DNA from: Microcoleus sp.
Lineage (GTDB): Bacteria; Cyanobacteriota; Cyanobacteriia; Cyanobacteriales; Microcoleaceae
Direction: 5' to 3'
Length of the DNA: 64,000 bases
Assembly (NCBI GenBank): GCA_052279835.1
Contig: CP181291.1
Coordinates: forward strand, 4,096,001 to 4,160,000
Made by a program: the position numbers and the translations under genes. A model generated the notes under the pieces. That model saw only the letters and a program-made list of their open reading frames with translations, searched no databases and was not told the DNA's origin. Positions within the stretch are counted from its first letter, which is position 1, and the number at the start of each line of letters is the position of its first letter. Below are positions 40,658 to 51,498 of the stretch, piece by piece.

Positions 40658-42754
40658 ATGTCTTTAAAGATACATCAAAAAAAAACCTCGCCAAAATCAA
40701 CTTCCACGTTGCCTGAAGCAGACAAATGGAGACAAGAAGCAGGTCTTTCGTTACCCGAAATAAACGCACAAAAAGCCCTGATCGTGCAGATGCAGCAGCA
40801 AGTTCAACTATCAAATTTGCTGAACCAAATTAACAACGAAATTCGTAGCACTCTTGACATAGAACAAATTCTAACATCGGCGTGCCGATTGCTGGGTCAA
40901 GCGCTAAATTGTAGCCGAGCGAGCATTTTAGTCAAAGAATCAAATACAGACAAAACCTTGATTACGCGAGGAGAATACAACGCGGGAGACTATCCCATAC
41001 AGTTAGGTATGAAAGTACCGGTGGTGGGCAACCCGCACTTGGAAGCGATTATATCTCAACAAGAGTCCCTAGCCGTCACCAAGTTTATCGATTTTCCAGG
41101 ATTGAACGAACGCAGTAGAAAAATAGCCCTAGATTTAGAAATTAAGTCTATGCTGGCAGTAGCTACTCGTTACCAAGGAGAAGTGAATGGAGTAATTGGG
41201 CTGCACCAGTGCGATCGCGAACGGGAATGGACGGATTGGGAACGACAGTTGTTAGAAGGGGTGGCTTCCCAATTGGCGATCGCCATCAATCAAGCTAAAT
41301 TGTATAGCCAAACCCTGCGCCAAGCCGAACAGGAATCGCTGTTGCGGCTGATCGGCAACCAAATTCGTAGTACCCTAGACCTCAATACCATCCTAGACAC
41401 AGCAGTCAGAGAAGTCCGTCAACTTTTGCAGTGCGATCGGGTAATTATCTATCAATTTCAAGACAACTGGCGGGGAAAAGTAGTCGTTGAAGACATGAGT
41501 GTTCCTTGGCCTTCAATTTTAGGAGATATGGGAGCAGACAAGTGTTTTAAGGGGGATTATGCCGATTTTTACCAGCAAGGACGAGTCAGAGCAATCAATG
41601 ATGTGTTTAATGCCAATTTAGAGCCTTGTCACATAGACTTTTTAGATAGCTTGCAGGTAAAAGCGAATCTGATCGTACCCATTGTCACATCGAGAAATCC
41701 CGAAAAATCACCCAAAAATTCCCTAAACTCTGCTCCCGAATTACCCGGTAGGCTGTGGGGCTTGCTAATTGCTCACGAGTGTGGCGATATTCGGAATTGG
41801 GAGCAGCAAGAAATGGAGTTACTGTCGCAAATAGCAGACCAAATGGCGATCGCCATTCAGCAAGCCGAACTCTACAGCCAAGTCCAAGCAGCAGCCGTAA
41901 AATCCCAAGCTCAAACCCAACAGTTACAGGCTACATTAGAAGAACTGCGATCGACTCAACAGCAATTAATTCAAAGTGAAAAAATGTCCGGTTTGGGGCA
42001 AATGGTGGCAGGAATTGCCCACGAAATTAACAACGCCAATAATTTCATTCACGCTAACTTGTTTCACACCCAAGAATATGTCAAAACCTTAACAGAAGCC
42101 CTGGAATTCTGTGCCAAAGCTTGCCCAGAAGCAGGAGATGCCCTGGCCCAAATCAATGAAGAACTAGAACTAGATTACATTCGCCAAGACTTTCCACCCT
42201 TGCTCAATTCAATGATAGAAGGCAGCACCCGGATTCGCTCAATCGTGACCACACTACGGAGTTTTTCTCGCTTAGACCACTCCGAATTTAAAGCTGTTGA
42301 TTTGAATGAAGGTTTAGAAAGTAGTTTGTTGATGCTGCAAAACAAAGTAAAACCACAGATAAAAATTAATAAATTTTACGACAAACTACCAACCGTTAAA
42401 TGTCATGCAGGTCAAATCAATCAAGTATTTTATAACTTGATTGACAATGCTTTAGATGCCATAAATTCCACGAAAAAACCAGGAGAATTAACGATTCGCA
42501 CCCAGCTTAAGGAAACCGGGTGGGTAACAATTTCTATCAGCGACAATGGCCCCGGCATTCCTGCGGAAATTCAGAGCAAAATTTTCGATCCATTTTTTAC
42601 TACTAAACCTGTAGGAAAAGGCACGGGTTTGGGACTATCAGTATGTTACCAAGTGATTGTTCAAGCTCACGGTGGCAAGATTAACTGTATCAGTAAAGTT
42701 GGCCAAGGAACCGAATTAATTGTGGAGTTACCCCTCGCAAATCAGAAAGGTTAG
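40658..42754 (+). CDS. GAF-GAF sensor histidine kinase; second GAF is a DXCF-type cyanobacteriochrome domain
   Basis: DKCF and PCH motifs, LWGLLIAHEC; H-box AHEINN, DNGPG, FDPFFTTK, GTGLGL. Confidence 0.88.
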   Translation: MSLKIHQKKTSPKSTSTLPEADKWRQEAGLSLPEINAQKALIVQMQQQVQLSNLLNQINNEIRSTLDIEQILTSACRLLGQALNCSRASILVKESNTDKTLITRGEYNAGDYPIQLGMKVPVVGNPHLEAIISQQESLAVTKFIDFPGLNERSRKIALDLEIKSMLAVATRYQGEVNGVIGLHQCDREREWTDWERQLLEGVASQLAIAINQAKLYSQTLRQAEQESLLRLIGNQIRSTLDLNTILDTAVREVRQLLQCDRVIIYQFQDNWRGKVVVEDMSVPWPSILGDMGADKCFKGDYADFYQQGRVRAINDVFNANLEPCHIDFLDSLQVKANLIVPIVTSRNPEKSPKNSLNSAPELPGRLWGLLIAHECGDIRNWEQQEMELLSQIADQMAIAIQQAELYSQVQAAAVKSQAQTQQLQATLEELRSTQQQLIQSEKMSGLGQMVAGIAHEINNANNFIHANLFHTQEYVKTLTEALEFCAKACPEAGDALAQINEELELDYIRQDFPPLLNSMIEGSTRIRSIVTTLRSFSRLDHSEFKAVDLNEGLESSLLMLQNKVKPQIKINKFYDKLPTVKCHAGQINQVFYNLIDNALDAINSTKKPGELTIRTQLKETGWVTISISDNGPGIPAEIQSKIFDPFFTTKPVGKGTGLGLSVCYQVIVQAHGGKINCISKVGQGTELIVELPLANQKG

Positions 42755-42930
42755 ATTCCTAAAAAGCTTGTGGTACGAACCAGGAGCGCACAGCCAAAAG
42801 CCACAGCCAAGCCCCTAGAGTTGAGGGCTAAAGCCTCACAGCAGGGCTATCATGCCGAATCGATCAGATTTTGACATTCGGCAAAATTTCCGGATCAAAG
42901 TTATTGATGATGAAAGTTAAGTATCTCTAT

Positions 42931-43002
42931 TAGACATCTCCCCTAATTATTGTGGAATAGGCTGGATAGCCTGTTCGACACAGGCTTTTTGGGAGACGTC
43001 TA
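42931..43002. repeat. 72-bp MITE-like element, second copy
   Basis: TAGACATCTCCC...GGGAGACGTCTA; inverted homologue of 6653-6724. Confidence 0.75.
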
Positions 43003-43023
43003 TTAAGTATGGGCAAGTAATTG

Positions 43024-43125
43024 TACCAATTTTAAAAAAGAATGCAACAGTAGTCTTGTCCCTCCCCTTTATAAGGGGGGGTTAGGGGGGGTCAAAGATT
43101 GTTGCACGATTTTAGAGAAATGGTA
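43024..43125. repeat. MITE-like element with GC-rich palindromic core
   Basis: Imperfect TIR TACCAATT...TGCAACA / TGTTGCA...AATGGTA around CCCCTTTATAAGGGG. Confidence 0.6.
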
Positions 43126-43330
43126 TTACCTACAACATTTAAACAGGGGCAATCAAGCCTTCAGATGCTTATTGGGCAAGCATTTGGATGGTATAAAAAT
43201 TGTTGATTAATTGGCTTGCACGTACTTAGAGCTAATGTTTTGTGGCAGTGAATGACAACTATAAAGAAAGTCCCAATTCTGGTTTTCAGTCACTTCTAAT
43301 GCTTAATTACTCATCCTCAAAATAGAAACT

Positions 43331-45854
43331 ATGGCTACTTCTTTGACTGGTACTTTGGGTCAAACCGATAATTACAGCAGTGTCAATGACCTAATCGCAA
43401 AATGGCCAACTATTGCCCGGAGTCTAGGCATCAAACTATCTGGGGTATCTTTTGATGGCGTGGAAACAGACTATCTAAATTCTACTCAAATCAGCAACCT
43501 CACTTTGGCAACTAATGAAAACCCTAAAAGCTGGTTAAGTTACGGCAATAGTGCTGGTATTGGTGTCGCATCTTCTTATAGTGGTTGGTTCACAGACCCC
43601 AATAAAATTCGGGCGGAGATCAACTATGACCCCAACACCAATCAATCTCAAGCCCTGAAGGTGAAATGGGCAGATAACCAAGATATCACTAGCGCTACGA
43701 TCGACCTGAGTGCATTGAGTCCCAAAACAAGTCCAGGATTAGGCGATCAAGGTAATGAAGTTGGTTTGCTGCAAATCTTCAATAATGGAGTTTTAGTACC
43801 GGCTACCAATTTTACTATTAGTCGCCTCAACGCTCCGACCACAGCATCAAAACCCCTCTCTGTGTCTTCAAATGGAGTAACTTTCACGGGCGATCGTACC
43901 GATGGCAGTTTCCAATTCAAGGTACAATCAAATTCCACTAGCGTCGCTTTTGACGAACTGCGGTTCTCCGCCAAAGCCTACGATAGCCCCACCTCAGCCT
44001 ACCTCGGCACCACCTTCAAAGAGGATAGTTCCGACTACCTAGTGCGGAGTATTCAATATCAAGGCCTTGATGTAACACCAACTCCAACTCCGACTCCAAC
44101 TCCAACTCCAACCCCTGCAAATATCTTCCAGTTTCAGCAATCAAGTTACACAGTGAATGAAGGCGGCGTAGCGACGATTAGCGTGACTCGCACAGGTGGT
44201 ACGGGGGCTGCATCGATTAACTACGCTACTGTTGACGGCTCGGCAAATGCTGGCGGGACAGCAGCCGATTACACTGCGGCCGCGGGGACGTTGAATTTTG
44301 CTGCGGGGCAAAATATTGCTAATTTCACGGTGAGTGCTCTGAGCGATTTGAATTTGGAAGGGCCCGAAACAGTGAATTTGGTGCTCAGCGGTGGCAATGT
44401 GGGCAGTAATCCGTCAATTTTGACGATTAATGATGTGCCGCCGGCGCCGACTCCAACGCCTGCAAATATCTTCCAGTTTCAGCAATCAAGTTACACAGTG
44501 AATGAAGGCGGCGTAGCGACGATTAGCGTGACTCGCACAGGTGGTACGGGGGCTGCATCGATTAACTACGCTACTGTTGACGGCTCGGCAAATGCTGGCG
44601 GGACAGCAGCCGATTACACTGCGGCCGCGGGGACTTTGAATTTTGCTGCGGGGCAAAATATCGCTAATTTCACGGTGGCTGCTCTGAGCGATTTGAATTT
44701 GGAACCGCTAGAAACAGTGAATTTGGTGCTCAGCGGTGGCAATGTGGGCAGCAATCCGTCAATTTTGACGATTAATGATGTGCCGCCAATTCCGACTCCA
44801 ACGCCTCCAAGTATCTTCCAGTTCCAGCAATCAAGTTACACGGTGAATGAAGGCGGTGTGGCGACGATTAATGTGACTCGCACAGGTTACGGGGGCTGCA
44901 TCGATTAACTACGCTACTGTTGACGGTTCGGCAAGTGGTGTCGGGACTGCACCCGATTACACTGTAGCGGCGGGGGCGTTGAATTTTGCTCCAGGGCAAA
45001 ATATCGCTAGTTTTACGGTTACTGCTCTGAGCGACATGATGTTTGAAGGGCCGGAAACAGTGAATTTGGTGCTTAGCGGTGGGAATGTCGGCAGTAATCC
45101 GTCGATTTTGACGATTAATAATGTGGTGCCAACTCCCACACCGACGCCGACACCGACACCGACTCCGACGCCCGGTCAAAGCACGTTTTTCTTCAGTGCG
45201 GCTACTTACAGCGTCAACGAGGGCAACACTGCGCCCATTACAATTAATCGCAGTGGCGACCTTTCAGCACCAGCGACGATCGTGTTCCGTACAGGTGACG
45301 GTACTGCTCTAGCTACGGGTTCTATTCCTGATTACAATAGTGTGGCTCAAGCGGTCAATTTTGCGCCCGGACAAGCTAGCGCCCAAGTTCCGGTTCAAAC
45401 TTTATTTGACAGTCTCACAGAGCCCAATGAGACAGTGAATTTGTTCTTGAGCGGCGGCAGTTTGGCAAGTCCGTCAGCAGCGGTTTTGAGTATTATTGAT
45501 ACTACTGCTGTGCCTCCGACTTTCTTCTCCTACGGTTCGTCTTCTGGTCCTATTGCTGATAGTAGTTTTGGAAGTTTTACGATTAACCGGAGTGGCAATA
45601 CTGCGGTTTCGGCTGCGATCGACTTTTTGATTGCTGCCCCTGGTGGCGCTCAACCTGTCAACAACGCAGACTTCAATATTTTCGGTCAATATATTCCGAC
45701 TGCTTCTGGAGGCACGGTGAACTTTAATCCCGGTCAAACTAGCGTTAGTCTGACGATTACCAATAATCCTGGTTTGACTGCTGGGGTGGTGAATTTAGGC
45801 TTTGGCGCAGGTCCGATCGGCGCTCCGGCATCGACTGCAATTACTCTGCTTTAA
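43331..45854 (+). CDS. Calx-beta repeat surface protein with Pro-Thr linkers; 2-bp deletion near 44887 splits the frame
   Basis: FQQSSYTVNEG...YATVDGSA...DY....GTLNF...D...E..ETVNLVL repeats at 345-bp period; copy 3 reads ACAGGTTACG versus ACAGGTGGTACG. Confidence 0.85.
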
Positions 45855-46002
45855 CGCTGTTAGGAGGGCAAGTATTCCTTGCCCTACTCAGGGGAGTGTC
45901 AGACCTGATTAGAGTCTGTTCCCCTGGAGCCGTCAACCCAAGTAGAAGTAATACACTTAATTGCCAGGAATCACCCTGGCTTTAGCCCGGTGAGGATATC
46001 AA
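45853..46002 (+). mobile_element. Orphan IS200/IS605 right end with omega-RNA-like scaffold
   Basis: AACGCT...GGGGAGTGTCAGACCTG...GGAATCACCCTGGCTTTAGCCCGGTGAGGATATCAA terminal hairpin plus TCAA. Confidence 0.6.
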
Positions 46003-46122
46003 AAAATCTCCTATCTCTTTTAAAATGCTTAACTGATAGATAGGAAATTTGATAAAATTTTACAAAAAAAACGTGCAAGAATGTAAGTAATAAGGTAAGA
46101 ATCACTGACAAGGAGGCACGCT

Positions 46123-47850
46123 ATGGTAGCGCTGACTGAACGAGTCCAACGCAGATTGACGGTGGAAAAAGTCGAAATTGCCCCTGACACAACGGCAATT
46201 CGATGCTTGGACTGGGATAGAGACCGCTTTGATATTGAATTCGGACTCAAAAACGGTACAACTTACAACTCATTCATCATTCGCGGCGAAAAGACAGCCC
46301 TCGTCGATACCTCTCACGAGAAATTTCGCCAACAATATTTAGACACTCTCACGGGCGAAATCGACCCGAAACAGATTGACTATATAATTATCAGCCATAC
46401 CGAACCAGACCATAGCGGCTTGGTTAAAGACGTGCTAGCTTTAGCACCCCAAGCAACTGTCGTCGGTGCAAAAGTAGCAATTCAATTTTTAGAAAACCTG
46501 ATACACCAGCCCTTTGAGCGACTGATAGTCAAAAATGGTGAGAAACTAGATTTAGGAAACGGCCACATTATCGAATTCGTATCGGCACCGAACTTGCACT
46601 GGCCCGATACTATTTTCAGCTACGACGCTAAAACTCAAGTGCTGTTCACCTGCGACGCTTTCGGGATGCACTACTGTTCCGACAGCACCTACGATGACGA
46701 TTTAGCAGCAGTAGAAGAAGATTACCACTTTTATTATGAGTGCTTGATGGCTCCCAATGCTCGGTCGGTCTTGAGTGCTATGAAGCGGATGGCAGAATTG
46801 GGAGAAATTGGTACTGTTGCAACCGGTCACGGTCCCCTACTGCGTTACAACGTAGTGGAACTAACCGGGCGCTACAAAAAGTGGAGTCAAGAACAGACCA
46901 AGACAGAAACAACAGTAGCAGTATTTTACACATCCGACTACGGATTTAGCGATCGCCTCAGCCAAGCCATCGCCCACGGAATCACCAAAACAGGTGTAGC
47001 CGTAGAAATGATGGATTTAAAAATCGCCGACTTACAAGAAGTCCGCGAACTCGTAGGTACAGCCGCCGGGATTGTAATTTGTTCCCCACCAAGTACCGGC
47101 CCTGCTGGGGCGAATGCTGAAGCCGCCATCAACACAATTTTAGTAGCAGCCAACAACAAACAATCCTTCGGTTTGTGCGAATCCGGTGGCGGGGATGACT
47201 CATCGATTTATCCGCTGCGAAACAAATTCAAAGAGTTGGGTTTAAAAGAGATATTTCCAAATATTTTGATTAAAGAAACCCCCACCGAAGCAATTTATCA
47301 ACTGTGCGACGAAGCAGGCACCGACTTGGGACAGTGGCTGACGCGGGACAAAGCCGTCAAACAGATGAAATCTCTTGACAGCGACCTCGATAAAGCCTTG
47401 GGAAAAATCAGTGGCGGACTGTATATCATCACCACTCAAAAAGGCGATATTAGCGGGGCGATGCTAGCTTCTTGGGTAACACAAGCCAGCTTTAAACCCC
47501 TAGGTTTAACCATAGCAGTTGCCAAAGATCGGGCGATCGAATCAATGATGCACGCCGGAGACAAATTCGTGCTAAACGTGCTAGAAGAAGGCAAGTATCA
47601 AACCTTAATGAAGCACTTCTTAAAACGTTTTCCACCAGGTGCCGATCGATTTGGCGGAGTAAAAACCCAAGCAGCAAACAACGGTTCTCCCATTCTGACA
47701 GAAGCCTTAGCCTACATGGAATGCCAAGTAGTCAGCCGGATGGAACTTTCCGACCATCACATAGTATATGCGACGGTAGATAGCGGCCGCGTATCCAATC
47801 CGGACGCACTCCCAGCAGTACACCACCGCAAAGTAGGAAATCACTACTAG
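46123..47850 (+). CDS. flv3: Flavodiiron (diflavin A-type) protein, Flv3-like
   Basis: DWDRDRFDIEFGL, HTEPDH, HWPD, CDAFG, GHG; flavodoxin and flavin reductase domains. Confidence 0.88.
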   Translation: MVALTERVQRRLTVEKVEIAPDTTAIRCLDWDRDRFDIEFGLKNGTTYNSFIIRGEKTALVDTSHEKFRQQYLDTLTGEIDPKQIDYIIISHTEPDHSGLVKDVLALAPQATVVGAKVAIQFLENLIHQPFERLIVKNGEKLDLGNGHIIEFVSAPNLHWPDTIFSYDAKTQVLFTCDAFGMHYCSDSTYDDDLAAVEEDYHFYYECLMAPNARSVLSAMKRMAELGEIGTVATGHGPLLRYNVVELTGRYKKWSQEQTKTETTVAVFYTSDYGFSDRLSQAIAHGITKTGVAVEMMDLKIADLQEVRELVGTAAGIVICSPPSTGPAGANAEAAINTILVAANNKQSFGLCESGGGDDSSIYPLRNKFKELGLKEIFPNILIKETPTEAIYQLCDEAGTDLGQWLTRDKAVKQMKSLDSDLDKALGKISGGLYIITTQKGDISGAMLASWVTQASFKPLGLTIAVAKDRAIESMMHAGDKFVLNVLEEGKYQTLMKHFLKRFPPGADRFGGVKTQAANNGSPILTEALAYMECQVVSRMELSDHHIVYATVDSGRVSNPDALPAVHHRKVGNHY

Positions 47851-48112
47851 GAAGGAAGAAGTCACCCCCCCCTGCCCCCCCCAAGGGGGGAAGGAAGAAG
47901 GAAGAAGTCACCCCCCCCTGCCCCCCCCAAGGGGGGAAATTCAGGAAGAAGGAAGAAGGAAGAAGAAATTAGCTGGCTAAACATCTTTTGTTTTTTTCCT
48001 CTCTTCTTTCTTTGTCTGTGTTCTCTGCGCCCTCTGCGGTTAAATAAAAAAAATCTAATTCACAAAATCAATAGCATTGCTGTAGCAAAATTAATAGTAA
48101 TAGGTGCAATAG

Positions 48113-49858
48113 ATGACTAACAGCCTTATTTCCAAGTTCACATCCAATATTAAACCGCGCGATGTGCAGTTTTTTCAGATTGCAGCAGATACAGCAGCAG
48201 TACGATCGCGAACTTGGGACAGACTAAAATTTGAAGTAGAATATTCCCTGCAAAGGGGAACAACAGCAAATAGCTACATCATTCAATCCGAAAAAACAGC
48301 CTTATTAGACCCACCAGGAGAATCTTTCACTCAAAACTATATAGATTGCTTGCAACAAAGGCTAGACCTAAAAAAAGTAGATTACGTAATTTTAGGACAT
48401 TTTAATGCTAACAGAGCAGTAACAATTAAAGCTCTGTTAGAATTATCACCTCAAATAGCCTTTGTTTGTACAAATCCAGCCGCCATCGCTTTGCGAGCAT
48501 CCTTTCCCGAACAAGAATTAAACATTTTAGTAGTCCGAGGGGAAGAAAGACTAAACTTAGGAAAAGGTCACGAATTAAGATTTATTGCCACTCCTACTCC
48601 CCGCTGGCCAGACGAACTTTGCACTTACGATCCGCAGACTAGAGTCGTGTTTACTGACAAATTCTTTGGAGCTCATGTTTGTGGCGATCAAGTATTCGAT
48701 GAAGGGTGGAGTGTTTACAGCGAAGACAGACGCTATTATTATGATTCCCTCCACGCATCCCAGGCGAAACAAGTGCTGGCGGCAATGGATAAGTTGGCGG
48801 ATTTCTCCACAGCATTTTATGCTCCCGGTCACGGCCCGCTAGTGCGTTATGGCCTCCACGAACTCACCAATTTGTATCGGGAATGGAGCCAACAACAAAA
48901 CTCGAAAGACTTGACAGTTGCGTTAATTTATGCTTCTGCTTATGGCAATACGGCAACTTTAGCCCAGGCGATCGCCAAAGGAATTACGAAAGCCGGCGTG
49001 GCGGTGGAAACCATCAACTGTGAATTTTCCGAACCGGGAGAAATTCAACAGGCGATCGAAAAATGCGCGGGATTTATCATCGGAACTCCCACCCTAGCCG
49101 GACACGCACCGACGCAAATTCAAACGGCTTTGGGAATTGTTTTGTCTACAGCAACCAAGAGTAAGCTGGCTGGTGTTTTCGGTTCCTTTGGCTGGAGTGG
49201 AGAGGCGATCGACTTAGTAGAAAGCAAGTTGAAAGATGCCGGATATCGCATCGGATTTGAACCGATTCGAGCCAAATTTAAGCCGACGGCGGCGACGATT
49301 CACGAGTGCAAAGAAGCGGGAACAGATTTTGCTCAAGCTTTGATTAAATCGCAAAAATTGCGGGCGCCAAAATCACAATTGACGGGGGGTAGCGATCGCA
49401 CGGAACAAGCAGTGGGAAGACTGGTTGGTTCCCTGTGCGTACTCTCGGCAAAGCGTGGGGAGGTCAGCAGCGCCATGCTTGCATCGTGGGTATCACAAGC
49501 AACCTTTAGTCCTCCGGGGTTGACTATTGCGGTGGCGAAGGATCGGGCGATCGAAGCTTTGATGTATGCCGGCGATAAATTTGTGCTAAATATCTTAGCC
49601 GAAGGGCGACAGTTGCGGAGGCATTTCATGAAAAACTTTGCTCCTGGAGAAGACAGATTTGCCGGAGTCGAAACAATTGAAGCTAGCAATGATTGTCCAG
49701 TATTAACGGATGCTCTGGCTTATCTAGAATGTGAGGTGGTGAGTCGGATGGAATGTGGCGATCATTGGGTAGTTTATGCAAAAGTCGAAAACGGTCATTT
49801 GTTAAATAATGACGGGGTGACAGCAGTCCATTACCGCAAATCTGGTAGTCATTATTAA
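48113..49858 (+). CDS. flv1: Flavodiiron (diflavin A-type) protein, Flv1-like
   Basis: RLKFEVEY, non-canonical ligand set HFNANR, RWPD, DKFFG; SAYGNT flavodoxin loop. Confidence 0.85.
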   Translation: MTNSLISKFTSNIKPRDVQFFQIAADTAAVRSRTWDRLKFEVEYSLQRGTTANSYIIQSEKTALLDPPGESFTQNYIDCLQQRLDLKKVDYVILGHFNANRAVTIKALLELSPQIAFVCTNPAAIALRASFPEQELNILVVRGEERLNLGKGHELRFIATPTPRWPDELCTYDPQTRVVFTDKFFGAHVCGDQVFDEGWSVYSEDRRYYYDSLHASQAKQVLAAMDKLADFSTAFYAPGHGPLVRYGLHELTNLYREWSQQQNSKDLTVALIYASAYGNTATLAQAIAKGITKAGVAVETINCEFSEPGEIQQAIEKCAGFIIGTPTLAGHAPTQIQTALGIVLSTATKSKLAGVFGSFGWSGEAIDLVESKLKDAGYRIGFEPIRAKFKPTAATIHECKEAGTDFAQALIKSQKLRAPKSQLTGGSDRTEQAVGRLVGSLCVLSAKRGEVSSAMLASWVSQATFSPPGLTIAVAKDRAIEALMYAGDKFVLNILAEGRQLRRHFMKNFAPGEDRFAGVETIEASNDCPVLTDALAYLECEVVSRMECGDHWVVYAKVENGHLLNNDGVTAVHYRKSGSHY

Positions 49859-50012
49859 CTGATTCGGTAATTTATTTTAGGTAGGCATCCTTGCCTGCCT
49901 TTGAGAGGCTGTTAAATGCTCCTAGTCATTATGATTTAACCGCGAAGGCGCGTAGGACGCGAAGGGAGAGAAGAGAGAGTTTAATTCAGGACGATGAAGA
50001 GAGGATTTTATA

Positions 50013-50101
50013 TCATTCCCCCCAGCAGAAGTTCTGATTCATTCCCTCCTTAAAAAGTTCTGATTCATTCCCTCCAGCAGAAGTTCTGATTCATTCCCCC
50101 C
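50013..50101. repeat. 26-bp tandem repeat (three units plus a partial)
   Basis: TCATTCCC.CC......AGTTCTGAT units. Confidence 0.8.
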
Positions 50102-50143
50102 TTGGGGGGGGTAGGGGGGGGTTCTTCTTCCTTCTGCCATAAC

Positions 50144-50425
50144 TTATTTCAAAGGATGGTGATCCGCAAGAATTTTTTCAACTCTAGCCTCATCAATTCT
50201 CGCAGTCAATCTAGTAGCCTCATTGTTATCCCGAATCGTTTTTGCTAAAGTAAAAGAAGAACCAACCGAGAAAGTCAAACCCATACCCACAAAACTTTTT
50301 ACCCACACATCAACTGGCAAGTAAATGATACCGATCGCCGTGGTAGAAGTAGCGAGAATAAAGGAAATCCAACACTGTAAAATCCAAGCATTAGTATCTT
50401 TTTGACGTAAAATTTGTTGTGCCAT
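50144..50425 (-). CDS. YiaA/YiaB family inner membrane protein
   Basis: Two TM helices, SFTLAKTIRD. Confidence 0.85.
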   Translation of the reverse strand: MAQQILRQKDTNAWILQCWISFILATSTTAIGIIYLPVDVWVKSFVGMGLTFSVGSSFTLAKTIRDNNEATRLTARIDEARVEKILADHHPLK

Positions 50426-50652
50426 AATCTCTCCGGTTTAAATATATCTTTCGGTGGATTAACTTCAAGAATAGAGAGTATAGAAGAAGCGATCGGGAGA
50501 GATAGGGACAGTTTGAATAAGTGCACAGGGCGATCGGGGTTTTAACTAAAAAGGCGATCCACACAAATAGGGTTTCAGCCTCAAGTAGTCAGGATGGGAG
50601 TAGACAGTTGGTAAACTGGACTAAAGAGATGGATGGAGTTAGATTAATTGTG

Positions 50653-51393
50653 TTAATTACTAGCGTCCGAGTCTATGCTTTGCTGCTGTATTTGTTGTAG
50701 CAAAGCTTGATAACGTTGTCGCTCTTGTTCCAGTTGTGCGATCGCTTCATCCGCACGTTGCCGTTCCTGTTGGGCAAGAGATTGAGCAAGTTCTTTCTCC
50801 TGCCGTTCCTGTTCCCTGACTCGATCCATTTCCACAGGAGTGAGAAACTTCCGGTTATCTGGACGATAAATTTCCAGAGTATCCTCTGTCAATTCAAAGC
50901 GAATTTGCAACAGGGGACTAACCCAGCCTTTCATTTGTGCGATCGATTCCAACCAATCTTCATGGCGAACAAAGCCACTCAATTCGATATTGTCAGGGTC
51001 ATAAATATAATATTCTTGAACCCCATAGCGTTGATAAAACAGGAGTTTTTCTCCCATCTTTCCAGCCCGATTTCCAGGGGATAAGATTTCAAAAGCGACT
51101 TGAGGAGGGATATTATCTTCTTTCCACTGCTGGTAAGAACCTCTGTCACCTTTTGGCCTACCAAAGACAACCATTGCATCCGGTGCTTGGCGAATTTTGT
51201 TATTTCCTTGAACGGGATACCAAAGCAAATCTCCGGCGACGAAGACATCTAGGCTATTAGCAAACAAGATTTCCAGATTTTCTTTAATAGTGACAATCCA
51301 TCGGAATTGTTTGGTATTGTCAGCCATTGGTTCTCCGTCACTGTCTGGGTAGATGATTTCTGGTTTGGTTTCAGGGGTGAGTTGTTGTACCAT
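50653..51393 (-). CDS. Uma2 family endonuclease with coiled-coil tail
   Basis: YPDSDGEPMADNT, APD, FEILSP, EYYIYDP. Confidence 0.92.
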   Translation of the reverse strand: MVQQLTPETKPEIIYPDSDGEPMADNTKQFRWIVTIKENLEILFANSLDVFVAGDLLWYPVQGNNKIRQAPDAMVVFGRPKGDRGSYQQWKEDNIPPQVAFEILSPGNRAGKMGEKLLFYQRYGVQEYYIYDPDNIELSGFVRHEDWLESIAQMKGWVSPLLQIRFELTEDTLEIYRPDNRKFLTPVEMDRVREQERQEKELAQSLAQQERQRADEAIAQLEQERQRYQALLQQIQQQSIDSDASN

Positions 51394-51498
51394 GCTGTTT
51401 GATGGTTGTGGTGCTGGTTTTAGTATAGCTTTTGATGGTGGGAGGGGTTAGAGGGGGCGATCGCTTTTTGACCACTTAACGCTTTTATTTTGCATTTT

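Noticed and set aside
44114..44803. Near-identical Calx-beta repeats as a DGR template/variable pair
   Set aside because: Differences are not adenine-specific, both copies are coding, and no reverse transcriptase is in the window
48113..49858. Missing di-iron ligands in the second flavodiiron protein as a novelty
   Set aside because: This is a known property of the Flv1/Flv2 clade
50013..50101. 26-bp periodic repeat as a mini-CRISPR
   Set aside because: The variable part is only about 6 bp, units 1 and 3 are nearly identical, and there are no unique spacers or cas genes
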